A stretch of DNA of 12,758 nt, taken from positions 1 through 12,758 of the forward strand of contig DAIENX010000063.1 in the NCBI GenBank assembly GCA_027340875.1, given 5' to 3'. Position 1 is the first letter of the stretch, and each line of letters starts with the position of its first letter. Source of the DNA: Elusimicrobiota bacterium. GTDB taxonomy: Bacteria; Elusimicrobiota; Elusimicrobia; Elusimicrobiales; UBA9959. A program made the translations under genes and the position numbers. Shown here in pieces: positions 1 to 8,835 of the stretch. The notes below the pieces were generated by a model. It searched no databases. It worked only from the letters and a program-made list of their open reading frames with translations, and had not been told where the DNA came from.

Positions 1-294
1 GGCCAGGCCGAAGCCGGTGAGCAGCGACTTGCGGATGCCGACCGCGTCCACCAGCGAGCCGACCATCACCGTGAAGATGGTGAGGGCCGTGGACCAGGTG
101 GCCACTACGAAGCCGGCCGACTTGTCGCCGTAGCCGAGGTCCGAGGAGAGCCAGAGCACCAGCGTGGAGTTCACCACGCTGTAGGCCAGGATCGTCATGA
201 TCTTCGTCCCGAAGATGATCCACAGCTCCCTGGCCGCGCCCTTCAGCACGGTGAACCTGCCTATGAATGAGCCTTCCGGTTTCACGTCGGTCAT
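1..294 (-). CDS. MFS transporter, N-terminal 98 aa only (continues beyond window); loosely POT/PTR-like
   Basis: Not in the ORF track; my translation from ATG at 294 is [98 protein letters not shown]. It has hydrophobic helices and MFS motif A-like [14 protein letters not shown] overlaps the upstream TGA (ATGA, 291-294). Confidence 0.85.
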   Translation of the reverse strand, partial: MTDVKPEGSFIGRFTVLKGAARELWIIFGTKIMTILAYSVVNSTLVLWLSSDLGYGDKSAGFVVATWSTALTIFTVMVGSLVDAVGIRKSLLTGFGLA

Positions 295-1310
295 TTTTTA
301 TCAGCGGACTGTACGTCCTTCTCCTTGGGGTCCAGCATTTTAATGTAGAGCTCGTCGAACCTGGGGGCCAGCTTTTTGAAAGCCTCCAGGACTTGCGGGT
401 CGAAATGCCCCGGCTTCATCCGGTCGTCGCCCCGCGTGATGATGCGGCAGGCGCCGTCGTGGTCGTAGTTCGGCTTGTAGACGCGCGAGTTGCGCAGCGC
501 GTCGTAGCAGTCGCAGATCGCCGTTATCCGCGCCTCGAGAGGTATCTCCTCGCCCTTCAGGCCCTTCGGATAGCCGGTGCCGTCCCAGCGCTCGTGGTGG
601 CAAAGGGCTATGCGCCTGCCGAACTCGAGGTGCGGGTGATCGCCGATTATCATGGCCCCGAAGGTGGTGTGCTGCTTCATCTCCTCCATCTCGGCGTCGT
701 CCAGGCGGCCCGGCTTCTTTAGGATATGGCTGGGGATGTGCACCTTGCCCACGTCGTGCAGCGTGGCCTGGCTGCGTATCGTCTCCACGAACTTCTCCGA
801 CTGGCCCAGTTCCCGCGCGACCAGCGCCGCGTACTCGCCCACGCGCAGGATATGGTTGCCGGTGTCGATGTCGTTGGCCTCGGCCGCCCTGGCCAGCGCG
901 AGGATAAGGTATTCGAAAGCTTCCTCGTACTCGGAGGTGCGCAGGATGTTGCCTATCCTCAGCAGCAGCTCCGCTTGGTCGAAGGGCTTGGAGAGGAACT
1001 CCTCCGCGCCGGCCTCCATACCCTGCATCTTGTTCTCCTTGGAGTCCAGCGACGTGATCATGATGACCGGGATATGGGCGGTGTGAGGGTCGGCCTTGAG
1101 CCGGCGGCAGACCTCGTGGCCGTTCATAATCGGCATGTTGATGTCGAGGAGCACCAGGTCCACCTGCTTGGAGGCCAGTACCTCGAGCGCTTCCTTGCCG
1201 TTGAGCGCGGTGAAGGTCTCGTAGCCCTGCGGCTTCAGCAGGGCCTCGAGAAGGTCCAGGTTGAAGTCCTCGTCATCCACGCAGAGTATGCGTCGCGCCC
1301 TGCTGTTCAT
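291..1310 (-). CDS. Response regulator with HD-GYP domain (RpfG-family cyclic di-GMP phosphodiesterase)
   Basis: Receiver motifs [25 protein letters not shown] motifs [41 protein letters not shown] at 1310 preferred over the TTG at 1349, which lies inside lnt. Confidence 0.93.
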   Translation of the reverse strand: MNSRARRILCVDDEDFNLDLLEALLKPQGYETFTALNGKEALEVLASKQVDLVLLDINMPIMNGHEVCRRLKADPHTAHIPVIMITSLDSKENKMQGMEAGAEEFLSKPFDQAELLLRIGNILRTSEYEEAFEYLILALARAAEANDIDTGNHILRVGEYAALVARELGQSEKFVETIRSQATLHDVGKVHIPSHILKKPGRLDDAEMEEMKQHTTFGAMIIGDHPHLEFGRRIALCHHERWDGTGYPKGLKGEEIPLEARITAICDCYDALRNSRVYKPNYDHDGACRIITRGDDRMKPGHFDPQVLEAFKKLAPRFDELYIKMLDPKEKDVQSADKK

Positions 1311-1323
1311 GGTTCTGATTCTA

Positions 1324-2733
1324 TCAAATTCTTTTTCTGATAAAGACAAAGAGCGCCGCCCCTGCCGTGAACAGGAGCGCGAACGGTCCCAGCAGCCAGC
1401 CGGCCCGGGTATAGAAGGTGCCGCCTGTCCTCAGGCGCGCCTCTCCGGACAGCACGCCCCTCGTTCCGTTGGCGAGCAAGGCGCGCTCGCGGCCCAGCGG
1501 GTCTATTATCTGCGAGCGTCCCGACGAGGCGGCGCGGACTATCCAGAGCCCGGTCTCCACGGCCCGCGCGGCCGTCATGTCGGAATGCTGGGTATGCTGC
1601 AAGGCCCCCCATTCCTCCGGGTCCAGGGTCGGCGTGACTATCAGCTCCGCCCCGCGGGAGGCCATGGCCCTCGAGCCGTTCTCGAAGGCCAGGTCGTAGC
1701 AGATCTGCGGACCCAGCCTGCCAAGCGGCGTGATCGCCGGCTCCGGCTTCCGGTTAGACGGCAGGCCGGTCTCCACGAACTGTACCGGATGCATCTTGTC
1801 GTAGACGCCGGAAAGTCCGCCGCGGCCGAAGAACATCGCGAAATTGGCCCGGCTCACCCCTCTCGCCCTGTCCGCGGGAACGCAGCCTCCGATCACGGCT
1901 TCCCCGGAGTACCCACGCAGCCCGCGGGCTATGAGCGCGGCATAGGAGGGGCTGGCTTCCTCCGGCATCATCACGGAGCATTCCGGCCAGACGAGCAGGT
2001 CCGACCGCGCGGCGGTGGTAGAGAGACTGAGCCCGATCAGGCCGTCCAGCGGCTCGCGCTCGGCCTGCACCAACGCGGCGCGCAGCGGCCTGCCGTCCAA
2101 GTCTATGCCTGACGTGGAAAGGCGCAGGGTTCCCAGGCCCGCGGCGGCGAGCGCCGCGGCAAGGAACACTGCGGCCGGCATACGCCGTCGTTTGAGCGCC
2201 AGGGCCCAGGCCGCATTGGCCGCCGCTATGAAGGCCGAAAGCCCGTAGACTCCCCAGACGGAGAGGGACTGGAAGAAGGGAGGCACGAAGGTCTGGCTGT
2301 AGCCGAGGCCGAGCCAGGGACATTCCAGCGCCCAGACCTCCGAGCGGAAGTACTCGATGCCGGCCCAGCAGAGCCCCGCCGCGCAGGCCCAGTAGAGGAC
2401 CTTGGTCTTCGACGGGTGCCTGCCGGCCGCTTCCCATAAGCCGCGGACGAGGGCGGCGTGCAGAGCCATCCACGCGGCGAAGACGCACCAGAAGACCGGG
2501 GCCAGGTAATGGACCACGTCGGTCATCCAGGACAGCGAGACGGAGTAGAAGACGAGTCCCGCGGTGCCGCCCAACAGGAACGCCCTTCCGGGGCCGGCGG
2601 CGCCGAGCACTGCCAGGAACAGCGGCGTCAGCGCCACCCAGGCCGTCCAGCCCAGCGAGGACGGGGCGAACGACGCGGACAGCAGGAGGCCGGAAAGCGC
2701 GGCCAGCGAATAATCCGCCGGCGGCTTCCTCAT
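1324..2733 (-). CDS. lnt: Apolipoprotein N-acyltransferase (divergent)
   Basis: N-terminal multi-TM domain with [21 protein letters not shown]; nitrilase-fold triad WPE / YDK / [25 protein letters not shown]-terminal TFYTRAGW plus TM helix. Confidence 0.88.
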   Translation of the reverse strand: MRKPPADYSLAALSGLLLSASFAPSSLGWTAWVALTPLFLAVLGAAGPGRAFLLGGTAGLVFYSVSLSWMTDVVHYLAPVFWCVFAAWMALHAALVRGLWEAAGRHPSKTKVLYWACAAGLCWAGIEYFRSEVWALECPWLGLGYSQTFVPPFFQSLSVWGVYGLSAFIAAANAAWALALKRRRMPAAVFLAAALAAAGLGTLRLSTSGIDLDGRPLRAALVQAEREPLDGLIGLSLSTTAARSDLLVWPECSVMMPEEASPSYAALIARGLRGYSGEAVIGGCVPADRARGVSRANFAMFFGRGGLSGVYDKMHPVQFVETGLPSNRKPEPAITPLGRLGPQICYDLAFENGSRAMASRGAELIVTPTLDPEEWGALQHTQHSDMTAARAVETGLWIVRAASSGRSQIIDPLGRERALLANGTRGVLSGEARLRTGGTFYTRAGWLLGPFALLFTAGAALFVFIRKRI

Positions 2734-3314
2734 TCCGCGGTCTTTTTCTTGCAGGTGTAGAGCACGTGGCTATTCCCGAGCGGAGACGAGGCCGGCTCGG
2801 TGAAGCCCGCCTTCTTAAGGAGGACCTGTATCTCGTCCTCCGAAAGGCGCTCCTTGAGAGGCGGCCCGTCGACGGTCTCTTTCTTCTCCCACTCTATCAC
2901 GGCCAGGCGCGTGCCGGGCTTGAGCGCGGCCGCCACGCTGGTCAGAAAAGCCGGCTTGTCGTCGACCTCGTGCAGCGCGTCGGAGATTATCGCCAGCGTA
3001 TACGGGGCCTCCGGGAACTCCGGCTCCGACCTGGAGAGCTGCTTGGTCTCTATGTTGAAGACGCCGGAGGAGGCCGCCTTGGCGCGCAGGTCCGCCAGCA
3101 TGACGCCCGAGATGTCCGTCGCGTAGACCATGCCCTTGGGGCCGATCATGCGCGAGGCCGGGAAAGCGAAGTAGCCTGTGCCGCAGCCGACGTCGAGGAT
3201 GATGTCGCCCGGCTTGATGCCGGCCTTTACGAGGGTCTGCTCCGGCGGCATGTCCGCCCGTCTTTCCGGGGTGTCCAGCCTGTGCCTTTCTGCCGGGTCG
3301 AACGCGTGGGCCAT
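2730..3314 (-). CDS. Class I SAM-dependent methyltransferase
   Basis: Motif I ILDVGCGTG, VYATDIS, ALHEV, LKPGTRLAVIEW; N-terminal FDP..LDTPERR; ATGA overlap with lnt start. Confidence 0.9.
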   Translation of the reverse strand: MAHAFDPAERHRLDTPERRADMPPEQTLVKAGIKPGDIILDVGCGTGYFAFPASRMIGPKGMVYATDISGVMLADLRAKAASSGVFNIETKQLSRSEPEFPEAPYTLAIISDALHEVDDKPAFLTSVAAALKPGTRLAVIEWEKKETVDGPPLKERLSEDEIQVLLKKAGFTEPASSPLGNSHVLYTCKKKTAE

Positions 3315-3335
3315 TTCAGTCTCCTTTTGGCGGCT

Positions 3336-4505
3336 TCAGTTGGCTTCCCCGCCGGAGCGGGTCCAGTCCTGCAGTATCCTCGCCGTCACGCGGGCGCACG
3401 TGAAGAAATCCTTGAGGTCGAGGTACTCCCCGGTGGTGTGCACGTCCCTCATGCCGGTGGCCAGCACCGGGGCTTTTATGCCGTGGCCGTAGAGAATATT
3501 GCTGTCGGTCCCGCCGCCAGAAGAGGACGGCCGCATCTTTATCCCCTCAGCAGCCATGGCCGCGCCGATCAGCGGCATCAGCGGGTTGGTCCTGTCGATG
3601 CGCAGGTTCGGGAACTTCCTCTCGAGCAGGAACTCGTAGCGCGGCGTGATGAGCCTGGATCCGTCGCGCACCTTCACGGCCCTGACGGCCTTCTTCAGGC
3701 AGTCTTCCATGTGCCGGGTCTGCTTCTTGAGCTTGGCGGGGTCGTGGCTGCGTGCTTCGCCGGAGAGCTCCACCAGCGGCGGGACTATGTTGATGGCGTT
3801 GCCGCCGGAGATGAAGCCTATGTTGGCGGTGGTCTCTCGGTCTATGCGCCCGAGCTTCATCCTGGAGATGGCGTCGGAGACGACCTTGATGGCGGAGATG
3901 CCCTTTTCCGGGGCCACTCCGGAGTGCGCGGCCGCCCCGTAGACCTTGATCTCCATCTTGTCGGCCGCGGGGGCGCTGGTGATGACGTTCTCTATGCCTT
4001 GCTCGTTGTCGAAGATGAGGCCGTAGCGCGAGCGCAGCGAGGCGTAGTCGAGGTGCTTGGCCCCCATCAGCGCCATCTCCTCGCTTATCGTGAAGACCGC
4101 CTCGATCGGCGGGTATGGGAGCTTGTTCTCCTCCAGTACCTTGAGGACTTCCAGGATCACGGCTATGCCGGCCTTGCAGTCAGCACCCAGCACCGTGGTG
4201 CCGTCCGAGGTTATCCGGTCGCGGTGGACGCGAGGCTGTACGTTGGCGGCGGGGCCTACGGTGTCCATGTGGGCCGATAGCAGGAACGGCTCGCAGTTCA
4301 CCGTGCCCGGGAAGCTGGCCACGAGGTTGCCTGTCTCGCCGCCTATCTTCCTGCCGGCGTCGTCCACCGTCACCTCTGCGCCCATGAACTTCAGCAGTAT
4401 GGATAGCCGGCGGGCCACGGCGCCTTCCTTGCCCGAGAGGGACGAGATCCTGGCGAGCTCGCAGAAGAGCTGGACCATGCGTTTTTCGTTTATCGCTGGC
4501 GTCAT
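3336..4505 (-). CDS. M20/M25/M40 family metallopeptidase (peptidase T-like, YqjE type)
   Basis: Metal-binding and catalytic motifs AHMDTV, LGADCKAG, SEE, GGGTDSN, VHTTGE; dimerisation domain AHSGVAPEKGISAI..TTANIG..GG.AINIVP. Confidence 0.92.
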   Translation of the reverse strand: MTPAINEKRMVQLFCELARISSLSGKEGAVARRLSILLKFMGAEVTVDDAGRKIGGETGNLVASFPGTVNCEPFLLSAHMDTVGPAANVQPRVHRDRITSDGTTVLGADCKAGIAVILEVLKVLEENKLPYPPIEAVFTISEEMALMGAKHLDYASLRSRYGLIFDNEQGIENVITSAPAADKMEIKVYGAAAHSGVAPEKGISAIKVVSDAISRMKLGRIDRETTANIGFISGGNAINIVPPLVELSGEARSHDPAKLKKQTRHMEDCLKKAVRAVKVRDGSRLITPRYEFLLERKFPNLRIDRTNPLMPLIGAAMAAEGIKMRPSSSGGGTDSNILYGHGIKAPVLATGMRDVHTTGEYLDLKDFFTCARVTARILQDWTRSGGEAN

Positions 4506-4511
4506 TGGAGT

Positions 4512-4540
4512 ATTATTTAAATTTTAAAGGCCCTAGACAA
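4512..4540 (-). promoter_or_regulatory. Putative sigma70 promoter for the peptidase operon (leaderless)
   Basis: Minus strand TTGTCT (4540-4535), 17 nt, AATAAT (4517-4512), 6 nt, ATG (4505); no SD sequence. Confidence 0.5.
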
Positions 4541-4552
4541 TAGTTATATAAT
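4523..4552 (+). promoter_or_regulatory. Putative sigma70 promoter for the PAP2 phosphatase (leaderless)
   Basis: TTTAAA (4523-4528), 18 nt, perfect TATAAT (4547-4552), 6 nt, ATG (4559); AT-rich island in GC-rich DNA. Confidence 0.6.
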
Positions 4553-4558
4553 TTCGCG

Positions 4559-5269
4559 ATGGAGAACCTGCGAAAGAACCTGCTGCTGGCCGCCGCCGCG
4601 CTCTCGCTGGGAGCATGCGCGCACAAGGCCATGATGACCGCGGAGAGCCGGACCGCCCCCGCGGCCGCGCATTACGTGGCCCCGGCCTACTTCGCCGACG
4701 CCGCTTTCCCTCCCCCTCCGGCCCCGGACTCAATGGAGCAGGCCGCCGACATAGCCGGCGTGCTGGCCTGGCAGAACAAGCGGACCGAAGAGGACTGCGC
4801 CAGGGCCAGGCGCACCGCCGACGAGGAGTACTACGACTATTGGGGCAGCACCAGCCCGTTCGGCGGCGCGGTCCCGGCCGAGTTCAAGGACCTGTTCGCC
4901 GGGCTGGCAGAGGACTTCGAGGCCGCGCTGGAGGTCATGAAGGACAGGTTCCGCCGGCCCCGCCCGTTCGTCACGTACGAGGAAGCAATGCCCTGCGTGA
5001 AGAAGAAGAGCAGCTATTCCTATCCAAGCGGCCATGCCTCGGCTTCCCGCGTCACCGCGGACGTTCTTTCCGACCTGGTGCCGGAGCGCGGCGACGAGTT
5101 CTTCGCCAAGGCCGACGAGATCGCCCAGGACCGCGTGGTGGGCGGGGCCCATTATCCGGCGGACGTGGAAGCCGGCAAGAAGTTCGGCGACCTGTTCCAC
5201 GAGCAGCTGCTGCGTTCCGAGAAATACAGGGACGACCTGCAGAAGGCGAAGGACCTGCTGAAGAAATAA
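4559..5269 (+). CDS. PAP2-family / class A non-specific acid phosphatase, predicted lipoprotein
   Basis: Motifs KDRFRRPRP, SYPSGHA, DRVVGGAHYPAD; FPPPPAPDS..ADI N-terminal segment typical of class A acid phosphatases; signal peptide with lipobox LGAC. Confidence 0.9.
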   Translation: MENLRKNLLLAAAALSLGACAHKAMMTAESRTAPAAAHYVAPAYFADAAFPPPPAPDSMEQAADIAGVLAWQNKRTEEDCARARRTADEEYYDYWGSTSPFGGAVPAEFKDLFAGLAEDFEAALEVMKDRFRRPRPFVTYEEAMPCVKKKSSYSYPSGHASASRVTADVLSDLVPERGDEFFAKADEIAQDRVVGGAHYPADVEAGKKFGDLFHEQLLRSEKYRDDLQKAKDLLKK

Positions 5270-5286
5270 CCGGTCCGCGGTCAAAG

Positions 5287-5322
5287 AAAGAGCCGGAGGT
5301 CTTTTGCCCTCCGGCTCTTTTT
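5287..5322. terminator. Bidirectional rho-independent terminator
   Basis: 13-bp perfect inverted repeat AAAGAGCCGGAGG (5287-5299) / CCTCCGGCTCTTT (5308-5320) with a T-rich tail on both strands, between the convergent PAP2 and rnr genes. Confidence 0.88.
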
Positions 5323-5325
5323 CGT

Positions 5326-7290
5326 TCACCGCCTGCCGCGTCCGCGTCCGGGGCCCCGCTTCTGCCTGGAAATTTTCCAGCGTTCAGGTCCCGAGGCTTT
5401 CTGGGGCCGGCTTTCCAGCGAGAGGTCTATCTTCCCGGTGGCGCTGTCCACCGAAACTATCTTCACCTTCAGCCTGGTCCCGGGCTTGAGCCCGGAGAGG
5501 CGCAGCAGGCCCTCTGCTCCGGTGTCCCCCAGGGAAATGAACGCGCCGCTCTCGATGACGCTGGTGACCATGCCGTCCATATCCGAGCCGGTCATCTCCC
5601 TGATGAGCTCCCCCCTCAGGATGTCCACCGCCTTGTGCTCGGCGTCGCCGGCCGCCCTTTCCCTTTCGGAGCAGTGCTCGCCGGCCTTGTCCAGCGGGTG
5701 ACCGGGGCTGCCGGCCTTTCCGCCGGAGAGCAGCGACTTCACCGCCCGGTGGGTCATCAGGTCCGGGTAGCGGCGTATCGGCGAGGTGAAGTGGGAATAG
5801 AAGCGCGCGGCTATGCCGAAATGCCCCTGCGAGACCGGCGAGTAGACGGCCTGCCTCATGCTTCGCACCATAAGGGAGTTTATCAGCTGCTCCAGCGGGT
5901 GTCCGGCGGCCTGGCGCAGCACGTCCTGCAGGGCCTTGGCCGCGCGCGGCCCCTGTATATGGCCGGCCGAAAGACCGAGGCTGCCGAGCGACTCGGCGAG
6001 CGCCTTGAGCTTCAGCGGGTCTGGGGTGTCGTGGCGCCGGTGCAGGAACGGTTTACCCGCCCTGAACAGCTCGGTGGCCACCGCCTCGTTGGCCAGCAGC
6101 ATGAACTCCTCTATCAGCCTGTGGCTCTTCAGCCTGGGGCGCAGCGAGACGCCCAGCGGCCTGCCGTGCGGGTCGGCGTTGACCTTGTACTCGGGCAGGT
6201 TGAAGTCCAGCGCGCCGCGCTGTACCCTCCGGCGGTAAAGCACGTCGGTCAGGGCTCCCATGCGCTTCACCGCTTCCTCGATGCGCCTGGGCACGTCCGG
6301 GACCCGGCCGCCTTCCAGCATGGTCTGTACCTCCTCGTAAGTGAAGCGGCGCCAGGAGCGTATCACGGTCTCGGCCAGCCTGCGCTTCTTCACGGAACCG
6401 TTGGCGTCGAGGTCTATGAAGACGGACATCGTCAGCCGTTCCTGCCGCGGCACCAGGCTGCAGAGGTTGTCGGAAAGCGACGGCGGCAGCATAGGTACTA
6501 CGCGGTCCGGCAGATAGACGCTGGTGGCCCGCGAATAGGCCTCGCGGTCCAGCGCCGTGCCCGGCTTCACGTAATGCGCGACGTCGGCTATATGCACTCC
6601 CAGGCGCAGCAGCCCTCCGGGAAGCGGCTCGAGGGAGACGGCGTCGTCGAAATCCTTCGCGTCCGCGCCGTCTATCGTGCAGACAGGGAGGTCGAAAAGA
6701 GTCTCCCTGCCTTTCCAGGCGGCGGGCTGCAGTCTGACGCCGAAAGCGGCGGCCTGGTCGACCGCTTCCTTCGGGAAATCCTCGTTTATGCCGCGGGCGC
6801 GCAGAACGGCGTCTATCCTCGCTCTCATGTCCGAAGGATCGCCAAGCACCTCGTTGACGGGGCCGGCGGCCGGCCTGCCGGCCTCGGGCCAGCGGCTGAC
6901 TTCCAGAACGGCCAGGTCTCCTTCCGACGGCGTCAGCCCGGGCCCGAAGCCGGTCACTTCCGCCGGTGGCGCGGAGCCTTTCTCCGGGAACAGCGCCCAG
7001 CGGCCGCCGGTCCTGCGCAGCACCCCGACCATGGTGGTCCGGGCCCTCTTCACGACTTTTACTATCTCCCCGGCGAGGCGCCCGCTCTTCTCCGGCCGCA
7101 CGCGGGCGAGCACCCTGTCGCCGTCCATGGCCAGGTCCAGGCTCCGGCCCCTGAGGAAGGCGTCCCCGGTCCCCTCCTTCTCCGAGAGCAGGAACGCGAA
7201 CGTCCCATGATGCTGTATCGCTCCTTCCAGCAAAGCTTCGTGTCCGCCGGCTGAGGGCCGGCGCTCTTTCTTCTTCCAGTGTTTTCTCAT
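5326..7290 (-). CDS. rnr: Ribonuclease R (VacB/RNase II family 3'-5' exoribonuclease), 654 aa
   Basis: TIDGADAKDFDDAVS, VHIADVAHYV, LIEEFMLLANEAVA, YSHFTSPIRRYPDL; cold-shock domains, S1 domain and basic tail. Start set at ATG 7290 (preceded by GAAGGAAAAA), not 7749. Confidence 0.93.
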   Translation of the reverse strand: MRKHWKKKERRPSAGGHEALLEGAIQHHGTFAFLLSEKEGTGDAFLRGRSLDLAMDGDRVLARVRPEKSGRLAGEIVKVVKRARTTMVGVLRRTGGRWALFPEKGSAPPAEVTGFGPGLTPSEGDLAVLEVSRWPEAGRPAAGPVNEVLGDPSDMRARIDAVLRARGINEDFPKEAVDQAAAFGVRLQPAAWKGRETLFDLPVCTIDGADAKDFDDAVSLEPLPGGLLRLGVHIADVAHYVKPGTALDREAYSRATSVYLPDRVVPMLPPSLSDNLCSLVPRQERLTMSVFIDLDANGSVKKRRLAETVIRSWRRFTYEEVQTMLEGGRVPDVPRRIEEAVKRMGALTDVLYRRRVQRGALDFNLPEYKVNADPHGRPLGVSLRPRLKSHRLIEEFMLLANEAVATELFRAGKPFLHRRHDTPDPLKLKALAESLGSLGLSAGHIQGPRAAKALQDVLRQAAGHPLEQLINSLMVRSMRQAVYSPVSQGHFGIAARFYSHFTSPIRRYPDLMTHRAVKSLLSGGKAGSPGHPLDKAGEHCSERERAAGDAEHKAVDILRGELIREMTGSDMDGMVTSVIESGAFISLGDTGAEGLLRLSGLKPGTRLKVKIVSVDSATGKIDLSLESRPQKASGPERWKISRQKRGPGRGRGRR

Positions 7291-7307
7291 TTTTTCCTTC
7301 GCGCGTG

Positions 7308-8024
7308 TCAGCGCAGTGTTTCCCGCCCGTCGATCTGCAGGCTCTTGAACCTCATATAGGCGCCGGCGGGGTCGCCGCCGGAAAAGCCGCCGAGGAAGAA
7401 CTTCTGGGCCGGCGCCTCCGACGCCTGGGAGGCGTCCACCCGCAGCACGGGCTTGAAGGTCTTGCGGTTCATCGCGTACGAGACGGTAAAAAAGTTCCCC
7501 TCCCGCTCGAAGCGCAGCACTTTCAGCTTCTTGGGGAGCTCCACCGGCTTTCCGCCGGGCAGCATTATCACGATAAGGGTATCGTCGGCCGGCACGGGGC
7601 CGTTCTGGCGCTGCACCAGCAGCTTCATTACGGCGGAAGCGTTGCCGATGGACGGCCTGGAGGAATCGCCTCCGACCCAGATGCCGTAGGAGAAGCGCTT
7701 GACCCGCCCGGGCGGAATGACGTAGTTCGCCTCCAGGTCCACGCGCCACCGCGGCCCGAAAAGATCGCGGGAAAGTATCAGGCCCGGATAGTAGCCGTCC
7801 GACGGCTCGTCGCGCGTGTCGTCCTGGTTCGCGCTGAGGAAGTAATACAGGCCGTCCCTGCGGACCTCGTTATGACCGTACGCGTCGTTCCAGCCGGTCC
7901 AGGAGTCCCAGTCGTCCATCGCGAAAGCGCCTTTCCTGAACATCTCCGGGTTGACGCAGCCGGCCGCCAGGGCGGAGACGGAGAGCAGCAGCGCCAGCAG
8001 GGTCCTTCGTCCCATAGCGGTCAT
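7308..8024 (-). CDS. Hypothetical lipoprotein, possible concanavalin A-like beta-sandwich
   Basis: Signal [19 protein letters not shown] (lipobox); beta-strand-like alternating pattern; ATGA-coupled to the dtd stop. Confidence 0.75.
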   Translation of the reverse strand: MTAMGRRTLLALLLSVSALAAGCVNPEMFRKGAFAMDDWDSWTGWNDAYGHNEVRRDGLYYFLSANQDDTRDEPSDGYYPGLILSRDLFGPRWRVDLEANYVIPPGRVKRFSYGIWVGGDSSRPSIGNASAVMKLLVQRQNGPVPADDTLIVIMLPGGKPVELPKKLKVLRFEREGNFFTVSYAMNRKTFKPVLRVDASQASEAPAQKFFLGGFSGGDPAGAYMRFKSLQIDGRETLR

Positions 8025-8479
8025 CCGCCCTTCCCGGCCAGGCCCGCCGTGTCCAGCCAGATGGTCACCGGCCCGTCGTTGATTATCTCCACTTCCATGT
8101 CGGCCGCGAAGACGCCGGTCTTCACCGGTACTCCTTTCGAGCGGAGGGCCTCGACGAAAGCCAGGTACAGCCTGTCGGCCTCCTCCGGCCTGGCGGCGGC
8201 CGTGAAGTCAGGCCTCCTCCCCCGGGTGGAGTCCGCGTAAAGCGTGAACTGCGACACGACAAGAGCTTCTCCGCCCACGTCCAGCAGGGAGCGGTCGAAC
8301 TTGCCTTCGTCGTTGGAGAAGATGCGGAGGTTGGCCGTCTTTTCAGCTAGCAGGGAGGCTTCCTGCGGCGAGTCCCCCTTCCCCACTCCGAGCAGGACCA
8401 CGAGGCCGGCGCCGATGGAGTTGTGGACGTCCACGGTCTTGACCCCGCCGCGCTTGACCCTCTGTACCAGTGCTCTCAT
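8021..8479 (-). CDS. dtd: D-aminoacyl-tRNA deacylase
   Basis: MRALVQRV start, [32 protein letters not shown] (Gly-cisPro motif). Confidence 0.97.
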   Translation of the reverse strand: MRALVQRVKRGGVKTVDVHNSIGAGLVVLLGVGKGDSPQEASLLAEKTANLRIFSNDEGKFDRSLLDVGGEALVVSQFTLYADSTRGRRPDFTAAARPEEADRLYLAFVEALRSKGVPVKTGVFAADMEVEIINDGPVTIWLDTAGLAGKGG

Positions 8480-8491
8480 ATCCTGATTATA
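8480..8491 (-). promoter_or_regulatory. -10 box for the dtd operon (leaderless)
   Basis: Perfect TATAAT (8491-8486), 6 nt before ATG 8479; no convincing -35. Confidence 0.55.
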
Positions 8492-8514
8492 GTTAATTTA
8501 CGCTTCGGCTCCTA

Positions 8515-8543
8515 TTGAACCGCGGCGGCGGCGGTTGTATAAT
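8515..8543 (+). promoter_or_regulatory. Sigma70 promoter for the Lrp/AsnC-domain operon
   Basis: TTGAAC (8515-8520), 17 nt, TATAAT (8538-8543); SD-like AAGGA upstream of ATG 8593. Confidence 0.7.
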
Positions 8544-8592
8544 AGGCATACGGCGGGTGTACATAACGCGCGCGTAAAAAAGGAACATACCT

Positions 8593-8826
8593 ATGGTAAC
8601 AGGACTGGTACTAGTGAAGCTGATGCCCGGTAAGGAGAAGCAGGCCCTGGCCAAGCTCAAGGCCCTTAAGAGCGTAGTCCATATGTCGGCCGTCTTCGGC
8701 CGCTGGGACCTCGTGCTCGACATGGAGACCGACGACCTGCCGCAGCTCTCCAACATAGTGGTCCAGGAGATACGCGGCATCCCCGGCGTCCTTTCCACCG
8801 AGACGCTGGTGACCACCTCTCTTTAA
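8593..8826 (+). CDS. Stand-alone Lrp/AsnC ligand-binding (RAM) domain protein
   Basis: 77 aa with the pattern VLV..PGKE..V..VFGRWDLV..IRGIPGVLSTETLV typical of the AsnC C-terminal domain; no HTH; RBS present. Confidence 0.88.
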   Translation: MVTGLVLVKLMPGKEKQALAKLKALKSVVHMSAVFGRWDLVLDMETDDLPQLSNIVVQEIRGIPGVLSTETLVTTSL

Positions 8827-8835
8827 AGGCCCGCC

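Noticed and set aside
1311..1349. TTG start for the HD-GYP regulator
   Set aside because: Lies inside lnt; ATG 1310 sits just before the receiver domain.
2766..4280. 504-aa plus-strand ORF and the other small alternative-frame ORFs
   Set aside because: Antisense or off-frame to well-supported genes, with no motifs.
4615..7254. 879-aa plus-strand ORF
   Set aside because: Out-of-frame overlap of PAP2 and antisense to rnr; crosses a terminator; Arg/Gly/Pro-rich, non-protein-like composition.
7291..7749. 153-aa N-terminal extension of RNase R in the ORF track
   Set aside because: Overlaps the lipoprotein gene in another frame and is low-complexity Arg-rich; ATG 7290 has a good SD.
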